Positions 25,290 through 35,500 of a DNA stretch of 64,000 bases are shown here, piece after piece (the first letter of the stretch is position 1; each line of letters opens with the position of its first letter). The notes below the pieces were generated by a model. It saw only the letters and a program-made list of their open reading frames with translations. It had not been told where the DNA came from and made no database searches. Location: the NCBI GenBank assembly GCA_036396895.1, contig DASWKB010000043.1:1366-65365 (forward strand), given 5' to 3'. The translations under genes were made by a program, and so were the position numbers. This DNA comes from a bacterium (GTDB taxonomy: Bacteria; Omnitrophota; Gorgyraeia; Aquiviventales; Aquiviventaceae).

Positions 25290-26849
25290 ATGCGATTCCT
25301 GCTTGAGATGCTGGCGGCCGCCGGATCCGGGCTGCTCCTGGCGTTCGTGTTCCCTCCGTGGAACCGGCCGTGGCTGGCCTGGGTCGGGCTGGCGCCGCTG
25401 GCGGCCGTCGTGTTCTCCTCGAGAAGCGGGCGGAGGGCGTTCCTGCTCGCGCTCGTGTCCGGCACCGTCTTCTTCCTCCTCACGCTGCATCCGCTGACCA
25501 GCGCCGCGGATTGGATCGGGTGGGCCGAACGCGTGTCCGAGGAGCGCGCCGCGCTGCTCACGCGACAGGCGGAGTTCCTGCGCCTGGTCTGGATGACCAT
25601 GGCCGTGATCGGCGGGGTGTGCTGGGGCCTGTGGGCCCTGCTCGCGCGCGCGCCGGGCCGCTCGCATCCCTGGCGGACGCTCGCCGTGTCCGTCTGCGCC
25701 TGGGTCCTGATTCCGGAATGGCTCAGGATGCAACTCGGCTTCGAATCCACCTGGGGCGCGCTCGGCTACGCGCTCGCCGGTCATGACGCGCTGCGCCAGC
25801 TGGCGGCGCTGGGCGGCGTGTGGCTCGCCAGCGCGCTCGTCGTCGCGGTCAACGTCGCCCTGGCGTGGGTCGTGACGCGTCCTCCCGCGCGCGCGTGGCC
25901 GATGCCGTCGGCCGTGGCGGCGATGGCCGCGGCCGCGTGGCTGGGCGGCTGCTGGGCGCTCGCGCGGCCGAGCGCGCCTGGGCCGGCCGTGACCGTCGCC
26001 GCCTTGCAGTTCGACAAGCCCCTCTACACCGAGGCGGATTACTCGCCCTGGGGGTTCGATCTCTCCTACCTCCCGCTCATCCGGCAGGCGCTGGAGGCGG
26101 ACGCCGACGTGATCGTGCTGCCTGAATCGGTCGCCGTGGGCACGATGCTCGAGGACGGCAGCGCGTCGCAGCAGAAGCCGCCCGCGTATCAGTTCCCCCT
26201 CGACTCGTGGGACCGCTCGATGCGCGCGCTGCTCCGCGGGCATGACGCGGTGCTGGCCGTGGGCCAGGACACCGTGGATGCCGGCGGTGAGCGCAATACG
26301 CTCTCGTTCTGGAGCGCGGAAGGCCTGCTGGGAACGTACCATAAGCGCCGGCTCGTGCCGTTCTCCGAATACACGCCGGCGTCGTGGCGCTGGGGGCCCC
26401 TGAAGGGCCGCAAACAGTACGTGCGCGGCCGCGGCAGCCGTCTCATCGACGCGCACGGCACGGCGCTGGGAGGCCTGCTGTGCCAGGAAATCGAATACCG
26501 CCGGCCGATGCGGGCGAGCGTCCGCGACGGCGCCGGCATCCTGATCAACGCCGGCAACGACGCTCCCTTCACCGACCCGGCCGTGCGGGAGCTCCATCAC
26601 GTCATGCTGCGGCTCGCCGCGGCGGAGGCCGGCCGGCCCATCGTCCGCGCCATGAAGTCCGGCATCTCCGCCGTCTACGACGCGCGCGGCCGGGTGCTCG
26701 CCGAGGCCCCGCCGGATTCGCCGGCCGTACTGCTCGCCGACGTCGCGCCCGGCGCGGGCATGACGGGCGCCGTCCGGTTCCCGGACTGGGTGCTGTGGCT
26801 CTCGGGCGTCATCCTGCTCGCCGGGCTGCCGCGCCGACAGAACAGTTGA
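25290..26849 (+). CDS. lnt: apolipoprotein N-acyltransferase
   Basis: An N-terminal multi-TM region is followed by a nitrilase-fold triad context: VLPES, YHKRRLVPFSEY, LLCQEIEY. The track ORF 24300..26849 is trimmed to the ATG at 25290. Confidence 0.8.
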   Translation: MRFLLEMLAAAGSGLLLAFVFPPWNRPWLAWVGLAPLAAVVFSSRSGRRAFLLALVSGTVFFLLTLHPLTSAADWIGWAERVSEERAALLTRQAEFLRLVWMTMAVIGGVCWGLWALLARAPGRSHPWRTLAVSVCAWVLIPEWLRMQLGFESTWGALGYALAGHDALRQLAALGGVWLASALVVAVNVALAWVVTRPPARAWPMPSAVAAMAAAAWLGGCWALARPSAPGPAVTVAALQFDKPLYTEADYSPWGFDLSYLPLIRQALEADADVIVLPESVAVGTMLEDGSASQQKPPAYQFPLDSWDRSMRALLRGHDAVLAVGQDTVDAGGERNTLSFWSAEGLLGTYHKRRLVPFSEYTPASWRWGPLKGRKQYVRGRGSRLIDAHGTALGGLLCQEIEYRRPMRASVRDGAGILINAGNDAPFTDPAVRELHHVMLRLAAAEAGRPIVRAMKSGISAVYDARGRVLAEAPPDSPAVLLADVAPGAGMTGAVRFPDWVLWLSGVILLAGLPRRQNS

Positions 26850-26954
26850 ATTCCGGAGCGCGAGCCGCTATCGTACGGCATGGGTCCCCGGACGCCGCGG
26901 CCGCCGGGAGATGCGCTCATCGTCGTCACCCTGCATTGACGGAAGGATGTCTGC

Positions 26955-29900
26955 ATGCTGAACCGGGTCCTGGCCTCCCTGTGCTTGGCGCTCCTCGTGT
27001 CGCTCTCCTTCCCGCCCCTGGCCTGGTGCCCCGAAGAGATCAAGCCGGAGCTCGACCTCAGCGTGACCGGGTATTTCCGGGTGCGCGGGTTCTGGGTGCA
27101 CGACCGCGACCAGCTCGAGCGCCTGCCCACGGGGCGATCCATCTCCGACATCGCCGCGCTGACCCCGAGCGCGGCCCCGCAGGACGCGGACGAGGGGTTC
27201 TTGGACATGCGGCTCATGATCAATCCGGAGCCCCAGATCACCGACAACATCCACGTCAACGCGCAGTTCCGCATTCTGGATAACTTCCTCCTGGACGGCG
27301 CCGGCGGCGCCGGGGGCGTGCGTCACATCGGCCTCAATCCCATTCTCGGGCTCGACTGGGCCGGGCGGCGCGACCACCCCGCCGAGTCGCTGGGACTCAA
27401 CGGCGTCATCGTCGCAACCGGCAACGCGGGGCGGGACAACGCCGCGGTTCTCTACGGCCCCAGCGGCGCCCCGTTCTCCTGGTTCACCGAGCGGCAGCTT
27501 AACGCCGACCCCGATCTCGGGACCACCCTCCTCAATCCTGGCTGCGACCTGTCCGGCCGTTACGTTATTCCCAAGAAGGACAAAGAGGGCGATAAGACCT
27601 CGGGGAAACAGTTCATGATGCGGGACCTCGAGCGGTGGCGCCATTCATCCGACGCGGCGCGCGCGGGGCTGAACGCGATTCCCGGCGGTTATCAGCGGGC
27701 CAACCTGCTCGGGACCGAACCCGAACTCGATGTGCTCATCCAGGAGTTCAGGTACGACCTGAATCAGTACCTGAACACCAGGACGGCCGTCCCGGTCAGC
27801 AACGACGCCGGCGCGGGGGGCGCCCAGCCGGCGGCCGGCAACCGGGACGTCGTCACGGATGACGACGTCAGACGCGGCGTGGAGAAGCTCGACGGCCCGG
27901 CACGTGATTTTGCGAATCAGTTCCTCGCGCCGGGGAAACCGCAGGCGGCTCCGCACACGCCGTCAGGATCGAGCCGGGCGCAGGCCGCCAGGGAGCACGA
28001 TGCCGAGCCGGAATTTGCGGTCGACCCGCGCTTGCTGCGCCTGCGCCTCCGGTATGACGGCGGCATGACCTCGATCGACCCCCCCACGACCGTCCTCTCG
28101 GTGCCCGAGACCCATGAGTCCATCCTGGACGATCTGGAGGCGCCCAAGCCGCTGAACCCCCATCAGCCGTCCGGACCCCAGGCCACCTCGCAGATGCCCG
28201 ATGGCACGACGGTCCGCACCTGGCAGGATGGCACTCGCGAAATCAGCCGGCCTGACGGCAGCCAGGACGTGATCTATCCCGACGGCGCCCGGTTTCACCG
28301 CAACCCTGACGGGTCCATGGTGGACACGCTGCGGGACGGCTCAACGGTCGCGCGCGACCGGACCGGAAAGGAAACCGGCCGGACCGCGGCCACCGGCGGA
28401 CGGGACGACGCCGTGATCCGCGACCCCCACAGCACGAGCACCGAGCCGCCGAAGCGGGTCGATCTCGACACCGGCCGAACGACGCCGGGTGAGCCGGCGC
28501 CCCCCGTGCCGGGCGGGTCGGGCGGTCCCGTCCAGCCATCCCGCACTGTCGTCACGGATGAAGACGCCGCCGACGCCATCCGGGAGCTTCCGGAAGATGC
28601 GCGGGGATTCCTGAATCAGTTCCTCTCTCCACAGGGAAGGCAGGACGTGGAGCGGTCGCTGCAGTCAGATGAATCGCAGCAGCACAAGACCACCCCGCGG
28701 GACTCCGCAAACTGGATGGGCGCCTCGCAGCCGGGACACGCAGATGGGCATGACGGCGGCGACGTCCAGGTCGAGCGCGCCTGGGCCGAGGTCAAGACGC
28801 CCGTCGGCCGGCTCGATTTCGGCCGGATGGGCTCGCACTGGGGCATGGGGCTCTTCGCGAACGACGGGAACCGTCTGGACTTGGGCTTCCAGGGCATGCA
28901 CGACGACGCGGGCGACACCATGGACCGCGTCAAGCTGATCATGAAGTTCGGCGATCTGTACGTCACGCCGCTCATCGACCGGGTCATCGAAGACGCGGTG
29001 GGCGACGGAGAAGACGACGTCCACCAATACCTGCTCGCCATCGTGTACCGGACGGACGAACTCCGGACCGGCACGTATGACGGGTTCCGGGAGCAGGACC
29101 CGCAGGCGCACCTCGACGGCGTCCCCGGTCAGCCGGTGTTCGGCATGGCCTGCATCGCGCGCGAATGCACGTTCATGTTCCCCCAGCCCGGCGCCGCGCG
29201 CGGCCAGGGTTTCACCGATGCGCTGCTGGGGACTATCAACACCGGGGCGCTGCATCCGGTCGTGCGCGCCGATGCACAGCAGACCGGCCAGGATCTGCGC
29301 AACATCGCGCGGGTCGACTGGGGCTGGACCCAGGGCTCCGAGCAGCAGACGTTCGCCCAGACCCGCAACCAGAGCGACGAGGTCGAGTTCGATTGGGAGA
29401 CGATCGTCCCGCGCCTCGGGCTCGCCTATGCGTTGGGCAACGAACGCCGGACGCTCCTGCGCGCCTCGTACAGCCGCTTCGCCGACCAGCTCGGCACGAG
29501 CATCGGCGAGCCCTCGAGAGACATCATCACCGACCGCGACGTGCTCAGCGCGTTCAACGGGCTCGACCAGCAGACCCAGCAATTCCTCGGGGATTTCCTC
29601 GTCCCGGACGGCCGTATCGAGCAGCCGCTCGATCAGACGGACTCGTTCGGGTCAGCGCCCGGCGGCCCGCTCGTGAAGGACACGCTCTGGTTCTTCGACC
29701 GTCGAGCGCCGCACACGGGGACCGGGACCCAATCCGAACCGGCGGCCGCCCGAACCGGGCCCGGCACGGCCGACCTCTCCAGGCTGGACGACACGCAGAT
29801 CTTCAGCTCCAACTTCTACCTGACCGGCCTGGACTCCTATGCCAACCGCGGATTCAATCCTCTCCCAGACCAATCCTACTCCGGGACCCGGCCGTTCATG

Positions 29901-31535
29901 CCGCAAGACTGGCAGCCGCGGCAGCTCGGGATCCTGCCCCTGGGCTGCTCCCACAATGAGAAAGCCACCAGCATCGGCGGCATCCGGCAGATGTGGGACG
30001 GACAGACACCCTCGCTCTTGGGGTTCTACTTCGGCGAGCCGATTTTCTGGTTCCTGCCTCAGGATGACGCCGTGCGGCCGAATGACCCGCTCTATCAGCG
30101 CCCGCCGGAGGAGTACAAAGCGCTCGAGCGCAAAGAGGCGCGGGAGGATTTCAAACGGCGCCGTCAGTCGTTCCATGAGATGGCCGCCGCGTCCATGGCC
30201 GCCGGCACGGGCATGCCATCCCCCACCGCCCTGCAGGGCCCGACGCACGCGGGCCAGGAGCCGCTCAAGGCGATCGACCAGTGGGGCCTGCGGGCCGTCG
30301 GCTTTACGCCGCTCTCCGAGCCCGGTTCGGCCTGGGCGATCATCGACGGCATGCGGCCGAACGTCACCGTCGCCGTCATCGATTCCGGCCTCGATCTCGC
30401 CCATCCGGACGGCCCCGCGCACGTGTGGACCAACCCGCGCGAAATCGACGGCAACGGGATCGATGACGATAAGAACGGGTACATCGACGACATCCACGGC
30501 TGGAACTTCGTCGAGGAAAACGCGGACCTGACGGACCGGCACGGGCATGGGACGCTCGTCGCCGGCATCATCGCCGCTCAGCGGGACAACGGGATCGGCA
30601 TCGCGGGCATCAACCCCGGCGCCCGCATCATGCCGCTCAAGGTCCTCGATGAGCAGGGGAAAGCGAACAGCCTGAACCTGTACCGCGCCATCCACTATGC
30701 GGTGGACCACGGCGCGCGCGTCCTGAACATCAGCCTGGGGAATAAGGGGCTCTCGCACCTCGACCAGCTCGCGGTGAACTACGCGCACGCGCGCGGGGCG
30801 ATCGTGATCGTCGCCGCCGGGAACCAGGGAGACGACATCGCGCTGTACGGTCCGGCGTCGCTCCGCCGGGTCCTGGCCGTCGCCGCCTCGAATGTGGACG
30901 GCGCGCGCAGCGGCCTGTCGAACCGCGGCCCCAATGTCGCGCTGACGGCCCCCGGACAGGAGATCTATTCCCTGCACTCGCAGGACGCTCCGTGGCCGGG
31001 CGATCCCGGCGAGCGCGACCGCCTCTACCGCAAGGCGACCGGCACGTCCTTCGCGGCGCCCATCGTGGCGGCCACCGCGTCGCTGCTCATCGCCCGCGAT
31101 CCGCACCTGCCCAACTGGCTCATCGAAGACATCCTGATGGGCGCCGCCGGAGAATTCGGCGCGGCGGGCTGGGATCCGGAGACCGGGTGGGGAATGCTGG
31201 ACGCCCGCCGGGCGCTCGGATACGACGTCGGAGAGGCGGTCACGGTGCTGCCGGCCGAAGTGGTGGTCGCGCGCGACAAGAAGCGGATCGATGCCGTCAG
31301 CATTTACGGGGTCGTGCGGGGCGTGTTCTCCACCTACACCGTCGAACTCGGCAAGGGCGCCCGGCCGGACGACTGGACGCGCGTCGCCGGCCCGTCGGAC
31401 CGCCCGGTCGAATACGGCCTGCTCGCGGAAATCCCGGGAGACGCCCTCAAGAAAGGCAAGGCGTGGACCGTCCGCATCACGGCCACCCGTCCGGACGGAC
31501 GCTCCCGCTCCGCCTCACTGCCCCTCTCCCTCTAA
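26955..31535 (+). CDS. 1526-aa exported protein: porin-like N-terminal region, internal repeats, C-terminal subtilisin (S8) peptidase
   Basis: It has a signal peptide. The S8 triad contexts are VAVIDSGLD (Asp near aa 1143), HGHGTLVAG (His near 1198) and GTSFAAPIVAA (Ser near 1365). N-terminal beta-strand-like segments include LSVTGYFRVRGFWVH and RAWAEVKTPVGRLDFGRMGSHWGMG. Confidence 0.85.
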   Translation: MLNRVLASLCLALLVSLSFPPLAWCPEEIKPELDLSVTGYFRVRGFWVHDRDQLERLPTGRSISDIAALTPSAAPQDADEGFLDMRLMINPEPQITDNIHVNAQFRILDNFLLDGAGGAGGVRHIGLNPILGLDWAGRRDHPAESLGLNGVIVATGNAGRDNAAVLYGPSGAPFSWFTERQLNADPDLGTTLLNPGCDLSGRYVIPKKDKEGDKTSGKQFMMRDLERWRHSSDAARAGLNAIPGGYQRANLLGTEPELDVLIQEFRYDLNQYLNTRTAVPVSNDAGAGGAQPAAGNRDVVTDDDVRRGVEKLDGPARDFANQFLAPGKPQAAPHTPSGSSRAQAAREHDAEPEFAVDPRLLRLRLRYDGGMTSIDPPTTVLSVPETHESILDDLEAPKPLNPHQPSGPQATSQMPDGTTVRTWQDGTREISRPDGSQDVIYPDGARFHRNPDGSMVDTLRDGSTVARDRTGKETGRTAATGGRDDAVIRDPHSTSTEPPKRVDLDTGRTTPGEPAPPVPGGSGGPVQPSRTVVTDEDAADAIRELPEDARGFLNQFLSPQGRQDVERSLQSDESQQHKTTPRDSANWMGASQPGHADGHDGGDVQVERAWAEVKTPVGRLDFGRMGSHWGMGLFANDGNRLDLGFQGMHDDAGDTMDRVKLIMKFGDLYVTPLIDRVIEDAVGDGEDDVHQYLLAIVYRTDELRTGTYDGFREQDPQAHLDGVPGQPVFGMACIARECTFMFPQPGAARGQGFTDALLGTINTGALHPVVRADAQQTGQDLRNIARVDWGWTQGSEQQTFAQTRNQSDEVEFDWETIVPRLGLAYALGNERRTLLRASYSRFADQLGTSIGEPSRDIITDRDVLSAFNGLDQQTQQFLGDFLVPDGRIEQPLDQTDSFGSAPGGPLVKDTLWFFDRRAPHTGTGTQSEPAAARTGPGTADLSRLDDTQIFSSNFYLTGLDSYANRGFNPLPDQSYSGTRPFMPQDWQPRQLGILPLGCSHNEKATSIGGIRQMWDGQTPSLLGFYFGEPIFWFLPQDDAVRPNDPLYQRPPEEYKALERKEAREDFKRRRQSFHEMAAASMAAGTGMPSPTALQGPTHAGQEPLKAIDQWGLRAVGFTPLSEPGSAWAIIDGMRPNVTVAVIDSGLDLAHPDGPAHVWTNPREIDGNGIDDDKNGYIDDIHGWNFVEENADLTDRHGHGTLVAGIIAAQRDNGIGIAGINPGARIMPLKVLDEQGKANSLNLYRAIHYAVDHGARVLNISLGNKGLSHLDQLAVNYAHARGAIVIVAAGNQGDDIALYGPASLRRVLAVAASNVDGARSGLSNRGPNVALTAPGQEIYSLHSQDAPWPGDPGERDRLYRKATGTSFAAPIVAATASLLIARDPHLPNWLIEDILMGAAGEFGAAGWDPETGWGMLDARRALGYDVGEAVTVLPAEVVVARDKKRIDAVSIYGVVRGVFSTYTVELGKGARPDDWTRVAGPSDRPVEYGLLAEIPGDALKKGKAWTVRITATRPDGRSRSASLPLSL

Positions 31536-31581
31536 ATCGGGGCACTGTCCCTTTTCTTATTCGACAGCGGACGGGGGACCG

Positions 31582-32247
31582 TCACCGGAACTGCGCGGCG
31601 AGCGCGCGCACAGCGCGGTACCGGAAACAGCCGACCACATGGTCGTTGACCATGCCGGTCGCCTGCATGTGGGCATAGCAGATGGTGGAGCCGACGAACC
31701 GGAAGCCCTCGCCCTTCAGCGTCCGGCTCAACAGATCGGACTCAGGCGTCCGCGCCGGCAGCTTCCGCGTGCTTTGATACGCGTGTTGGATGGGCCGCCC
31801 GCCGATCAAGCCCCACATGAACCGGGCGAAGGTGCCGTGCCGGCGGCGGATTCGCAGGAACGCCTGTGCATTGGCGATGGCGGACTCGATTTTGAGCCGG
31901 TTGCGGATAATGCCGGCGTCCGCCATGTGCGCCCGAACCTTGGCGCTCCGGTAGCGCGCCACCCGCTCCGGATCAAACCCGTCGAACGCCCGCCGGAACG
32001 CCGCGCGCTTCTTCAGCACCGTCAGCCAACTCAAGCCCGCCTGCATCCCTTCGAGCACGAGAAACTCGAACAGCCTCCGGTCCCCCCGCAGCGGCACGCC
32101 CCACTCGGTGTCGTGATAGGCCTGCATGAGCGGATGGATGAGCGCCCACTCGCATCTCCTGACGCGAGCGGGCGCGGACGCCTTCGCCGCAGCCTCGTTC
32201 GCGGCGGCCTCATCATCACTGACACGAGAACCTGACGTGACCATCAC
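31582..32247 (-). CDS. tag: DNA-3-methyladenine glycosylase I
   Basis: YHDTEWGVP, FLVLEGMQAGLSW, GIIRNRLKI, and ATGMVNDH...C. Confidence 0.9.
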   Translation of the reverse strand: MMVTSGSRVSDDEAAANEAAAKASAPARVRRCEWALIHPLMQAYHDTEWGVPLRGDRRLFEFLVLEGMQAGLSWLTVLKKRAAFRRAFDGFDPERVARYRSAKVRAHMADAGIIRNRLKIESAIANAQAFLRIRRRHGTFARFMWGLIGGRPIQHAYQSTRKLPARTPESDLLSRTLKGEGFRFVGSTICYAHMQATGMVNDHVVGCFRYRAVRALAAQFR

Positions 32248-32376
32248 TCCATTATTGCGGCCTGATCGCCCGCGTCAATCACGAAGCTCGCCGCCGAAGC
32301 GGATCGCTTTGCAGCATTTCCATATGACGCGCATCATATGGTATGCTTAAATGTGAAGGCCCTCAGGGGCTTCATT

Positions 32377-32474
32377 GATCCCGTAGTCAAAGGCAAACCC
32401 GGAGAAATCCGGGGACGCAAAGCCACAGGCCTAACCCGAGAGGTATGGCGGCTGGGCTGCCAGCGGGAACGATC
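32377..32474 (+). ncRNA. c-di-GMP-I (GEMM-I) riboswitch aptamer
   Basis: gatcccgtagtcaaaGGCAAACCcggaGAAAtccggGGACGCAAAGCCacaGGCCTAAcccgagaggtatGGCGGCTGGGCTGCCagcgggaacgatc. Every conserved GEMM-I block is present, and a P1 helix can form between gatcccg and cggga(ac)gatc. It lies 124 nt upstream of the sensor kinase ATG. Confidence 0.88.
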
Positions 32475-32597
32475 CAGGAGACCGTGCGCGTCTCTGTGAT
32501 GCCCAGGCGGGGACGGGCTGATCGGGCGCGCAGGCAGCAGCGTGTTGCCGCCTCGCGGGTGGGCGAGGAACGTATCGGCCACCGGTGAGGAGCGGTC

Positions 32598-35500
32598 ATG
32601 ACGGAGCCAGTTCCCAGTCTCTCCGCGTACGCCTTCAACCCGTTTGCGATTCCTCCGTTCCTCACCGCGCTCGGACTGTGCGCGCTCACGATCGCCGTCG
32701 TTCGCCGGGAGCGCGCCTCGTACGTGAGCCGGCTCTTCGCCGTCATGGCCGCCGCCATCAGCGTGTGGCTTTTCGCGTTTACCGGGATGTACAGCGCCGC
32801 CTCCGACGACGCCGCCCGCTGGTGGGCCCAAGCGGCGTACCTCGGCGTGCCGTTCATCCCTTCCGCCGTCTACCATTTCAGCCTCGAGGTGCTCGGCAAG
32901 GCCCGGGAGCGGCGCCACATGCTGATCGCCTCGTGGATCCTCTCCGGCGTGTTCGCCGTCATCGCCATCGGCACCGATTGGCTCATCGCCGGCATGACGT
33001 CCTACTGGTGGGGCGCGTACCCGCGCTACGGCGCGATGAGCATTCCGTATCTGGTCTTTTTCTTTGCCATGATGCTGCTCACGCTCCATCACTACCGCAG
33101 CGCCGCTCGACTCGCGGAGCCCGGCAGCCTCCAGGCGCGGCGTACGCAAGCCCTCCTGACCGCGTTCATCATCGTGTATCTGGGCTCCGTCGACTACCTT
33201 GCCAAATTCGGTCTGCCGGTCTATCCGTGCGGGTTCGTGCCGGTGATGATCTTTCTCATCCTGACTGCCCGCGCCGTCAAGCGCTACCGGCTCATCGACA
33301 TCACGCCCGCGTTCACCGCGGAACCGATTCTGGAGTCCATGCGCGAAGCGCTGATCGTGATCGACCTGGAGGGCGTGATCCGGCTCGTCAACCGCGCCGC
33401 CTGCGAGCTGCTCGGCGTCCCATCGGAATGGGTGCGCGGACGCACCCTGACGGGGCTGGCCGGGCATGCGCCGTTCCACGGCGATCTCGGGGCGCTGGTC
33501 CAGTCCGACACGCTGCCCCAGTACACCGAGATCCTCTACCAGCATCCGTCCGGGGCCGCCAGGACGCTCGCGCTGTCGACTTCGGTGATTCGCGATTCCG
33601 ACGGCCAACCGGCCGCCGTCGCCTGCTTTCTCCGGAACGTCACCCCCGAGCAACACGATGCCGCCCTGCTGGCCCGCGTCGGCGAGATGAGCCGGGCGTG
33701 GCGGCGCGCAAGCACGAACGGGGGCGGGACCTCGGGCGCGGCCTCCGGGGACCCCTCCCGGCGCCGCGGACGCCGCGAGGGGATCCGGGTCTCCGCCGCA
33801 GAGACGGGCGTCGGCTTCCCGCTGCCGGTCCCGTGGTTCCTCTCGTCGCACTGGAAGCTCCTCGTGACCCTCGGCATGCTGCTGGGCGTGCCCCTGTTGG
33901 TCATGATGTGGCTGGAGGTCCACCACGCCGAGCGGTGGCTGTATTCGCAGGCACAAGCCCAGCACATCGTCTCGGCCAAGCTGGCCGCCAAAGCGGTCGA
34001 GGAGCACCTCCAGGGGCTGCGCCATTATGTGGAAAGCTTCGCGTCGCGTTCCCTGCTCGCGCATGCCGTGGAAACCGCCCGGTCAGGCACCGTCGAGGAC
34101 AACCTCAAGGAGCTCGTGGAGCGCAATCCGCTCCTGGACCGCGCCTTCGTCGTGGACGCGTCCGGCACGCTCTGGGCCGACTATCCCGTCGTGCAGTCAG
34201 TCCGGGGAGAGAATTTCGCGCATCGCCGCTGGTTTCAGGAGGTCGCCGCCGCCAAGGCTCCGCACATCTCGGCGGTGTACGAGCGCAGCGCCGACCCGCA
34301 AGTCCCGCTGGTCGCCATCGCCGTGCCCATCCGGAACAGCCGGCAGGTGCTGCTGGGATACCTGGTCGCTCAGCACCCGCTCAGCGCCTTGAACGAGTGG
34401 TTCACCGGCAACCAGCCGGCCTCGCTCGGGCTGGTGGAGCTGTTGGACGGCGAGCACCGGCTGGCCGCGAGGAATGTGCCCTTCTCCGACCGCACCTGGC
34501 CCGTGCTCAGCCGGCTCCCCGCCATCCGCGACCTGGGCCGGGAGGGCGCCGGCGCGCTCGAAGTCCGCAGCGATGGCTTTTCGGAAGCGTTCATGACCAG
34601 CTATGCGCCGATCGCGTCGATGCGCTGGATCGTGCTGATCGCGCAGCCGCTCTCACGCGTGCTGGCGCCGGCGCGCGCGCTTCAATCCAGCGGACTCGTG
34701 ATCGCGCTCCTGGGGTTCCTCACCGCCATCGCGATCGGGTACCTGGCGCTCGTCTCGCTGCGCCACTCCCACGAGATGCTCGCGACATCCGACGCGGCCA
34801 AGGCCCGGCACGTGGCTTCGCTGCGCCGCGCGCTCGCGGAACGCGCCAAAGCGGAGGAGGCGCTCAAGCAGCTTGCCTTCATCGTCGAATCCTCCCGTGA
34901 CGCCATCATCGGCGAACGCCTGGACCGGACCATCGTGACCTGGAACGCGGCGGCCGAGCGCCTTTTCGGCTACGCCGAACAGGAGGTCGTCGGCCGCTCC
35001 ATGACGATGCTCATCCCTCCCGGGTCTCCCGATGAGATTCCGCAGATGCTCGCGGAGCTGTCTTCCGGACAGCCCGTCGAGCCGCTCGAAACCGTCCGGA
35101 TCCGCCGGGACGGCACCCCGATCGCCCTCCTGATGACGCTCTCACCCGTCAAGAACCCGGCGGGCGACATCATCGGCGCGTCGGTGATCGCCCACGACAT
35201 CACCGAGCGGAAGCATCAGGAGGACGCGCTGCGCCAAATGAATTTTCAGCTCGCCGAGCGCCAGCGCGCCCTGATGGCCACCCTCGGCAAGCTCCATACC
35301 GCGCACCGCGAACTCAAATCCACGCAGCTGCAGCTCATTCAGGCGGCCAAGATGGAGTCGGTGGGCCGGCTGGCCGCCGGCGTCGCCCATGAGGTGAAGA
35401 ATCCGCTCGCGACCCTCCTCATGGGTCTCGACGTCCTCACGGACCATTACCCGTCCCGCAAGCACGACGTCATCTCGCTGCTGACCGACATGCAGCATGC

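Noticed and set aside
24507-26600. 697-aa ORF on the minus strand
   Set aside because: It is extremely Arg/Gly/Pro-rich low complexity. It is antisense to lnt and the esterase gene, both of which have clear catalytic motifs. This is a typical spurious ORF in GC-rich DNA.
32334-34064. 576-aa ORF on the minus strand
   Set aside because: It is antisense to the sensor kinase and runs through the riboswitch aptamer. It has no recognisable domain and a biased composition.
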